From: Dehalococcoidia bacterium
GTDB taxonomy: Bacteria; Chloroflexota; Dehalococcoidia; Lucifugimonadales; UBA2962
Assembly (NCBI GenBank): GCA_963664125.2
Contig: OY760908.2
Coordinates: 1,691,851 to 1,723,850 of the forward strand
Reading direction: 5' to 3'
DNA: 32,000 nt
Part shown: positions 31,729 through 32,000 of the stretch, piece after piece
How positions within the stretch are numbered: position 1 is the stretch's first letter
Layout: every line of letters begins with the position of its first letter
Translations under genes and position numbers: made by a program
The notes under the pieces: generated by a model
What the model was told of the DNA's origin: nothing
Database searches by the model: none
What the model saw: only the letters and a program-made list of their open reading frames with translations

Positions 31729-32000
31729 ATGACCTCAGCAAGCAACATCGTCCTATCCACAACGGAGTTCAAGGTGGTCGGCAAGCGGCCGATCCGCCCC
31801 GACGGCACCGACAAGGTGACCGGGCGGGCCCGCTACGGCGCCGACGTGTCGATGGGGGGCCTGCTCCACGCCAAGGTCCTGCGCAGCCCCCACCCTCACG
31901 CCCGCGTGCTGTCCGTGGACACCTCGGCGGCGGAGGCGCACCCGGACGTGCGCGCGGTCGCCGTCGCATCCGACCTCGCGCCCGCCGAGGACCGCATACG
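31729..32000 (+). CDS. N-terminus of a xanthine dehydrogenase family molybdopterin-binding subunit (aldehyde oxidase/CO-dehydrogenase large-subunit type); continues beyond the window
   Basis: ATG 31729 with AGGA 7 nt upstream. FKVVGKRPIRPDGTDKVTGRARYGADV...LHAKVLRSPHPHARV is the typical N-terminal block. There is no stop before base 32000. Confidence 0.8.
   Translation, partial: MTSASNIVLSTTEFKVVGKRPIRPDGTDKVTGRARYGADVSMGGLLHAKVLRSPHPHARVLSVDTSAAEAHPDVRAVAVASDLAPAEDRI

Overview
Gene-dense, high-GC (about 70% by hand counts on sampled stretches) bacterial chromosomal segment with about 33 protein-coding genes. I saw no rRNA, tRNA, CRISPR array, transposase or integrase.

Most of the window is core or metabolic:
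- Housekeeping: a def-cca-secD-secF operon, mutL, pyrD, nfo, rbsK and a Cof-type HAD hydrolase.
- Redox and hydrolytic genes: three LLM-class flavin/F420 oxidoreductase paralogs, an aldo/keto reductase, a D-aminoacylase, a CocE/NonD hydrolase, an SDR epimerase, a GNAT, a VIT1/CCC1 transporter, an ArsB/NhaD-type permease, a PLP dehydratase, and the start of a xanthine-dehydrogenase-family Mo enzyme.
- The F420-type LLM genes, frequent GTG/TTG starts and leaderless-looking promoters suggest an Actinomycetota- or Chloroflexota-like genome. This is inference only.

Non-core or unusual content:
1. A lower-GC, roughly 2.4 kb islet (11.0-13.5 kb) holds a single OLD/PARIS-like gene, an ABC ATPase fused to a TOPRIM/DUF4435-like module. 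A frameshift splits it into two ORFs. This is my best candidate for a defence-type system, but it belongs to a known architectural class and looks disrupted.
2. A roughly 1.37 kb tandem duplication (2117-4865) carries a Kelch-repeat lipoprotein gene. It has a GNAT 3' remnant at the junction, a 29-bp perfect tandem duplication that truncates copy 1, and a frame anomaly at the 3' end of the adjacent CocE/NonD gene.
3. A second small lower-GC islet (27.0-27.9 kb) contains two small Cys-containing orphan ORFs.
4. An orphan 100-aa ORF sits in a palindrome-rich spacer (23.45-24.2 kb).
5. All five perfect TATAAT hexamers I could find lie in intergenic DNA, correctly oriented upstream of genes. Four are only 7-13 nt from the start codon, which implies leaderless transcripts.

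I do not see a convincing multi-gene novel system. All family assignments come from motif recognition by eye, not from searches.
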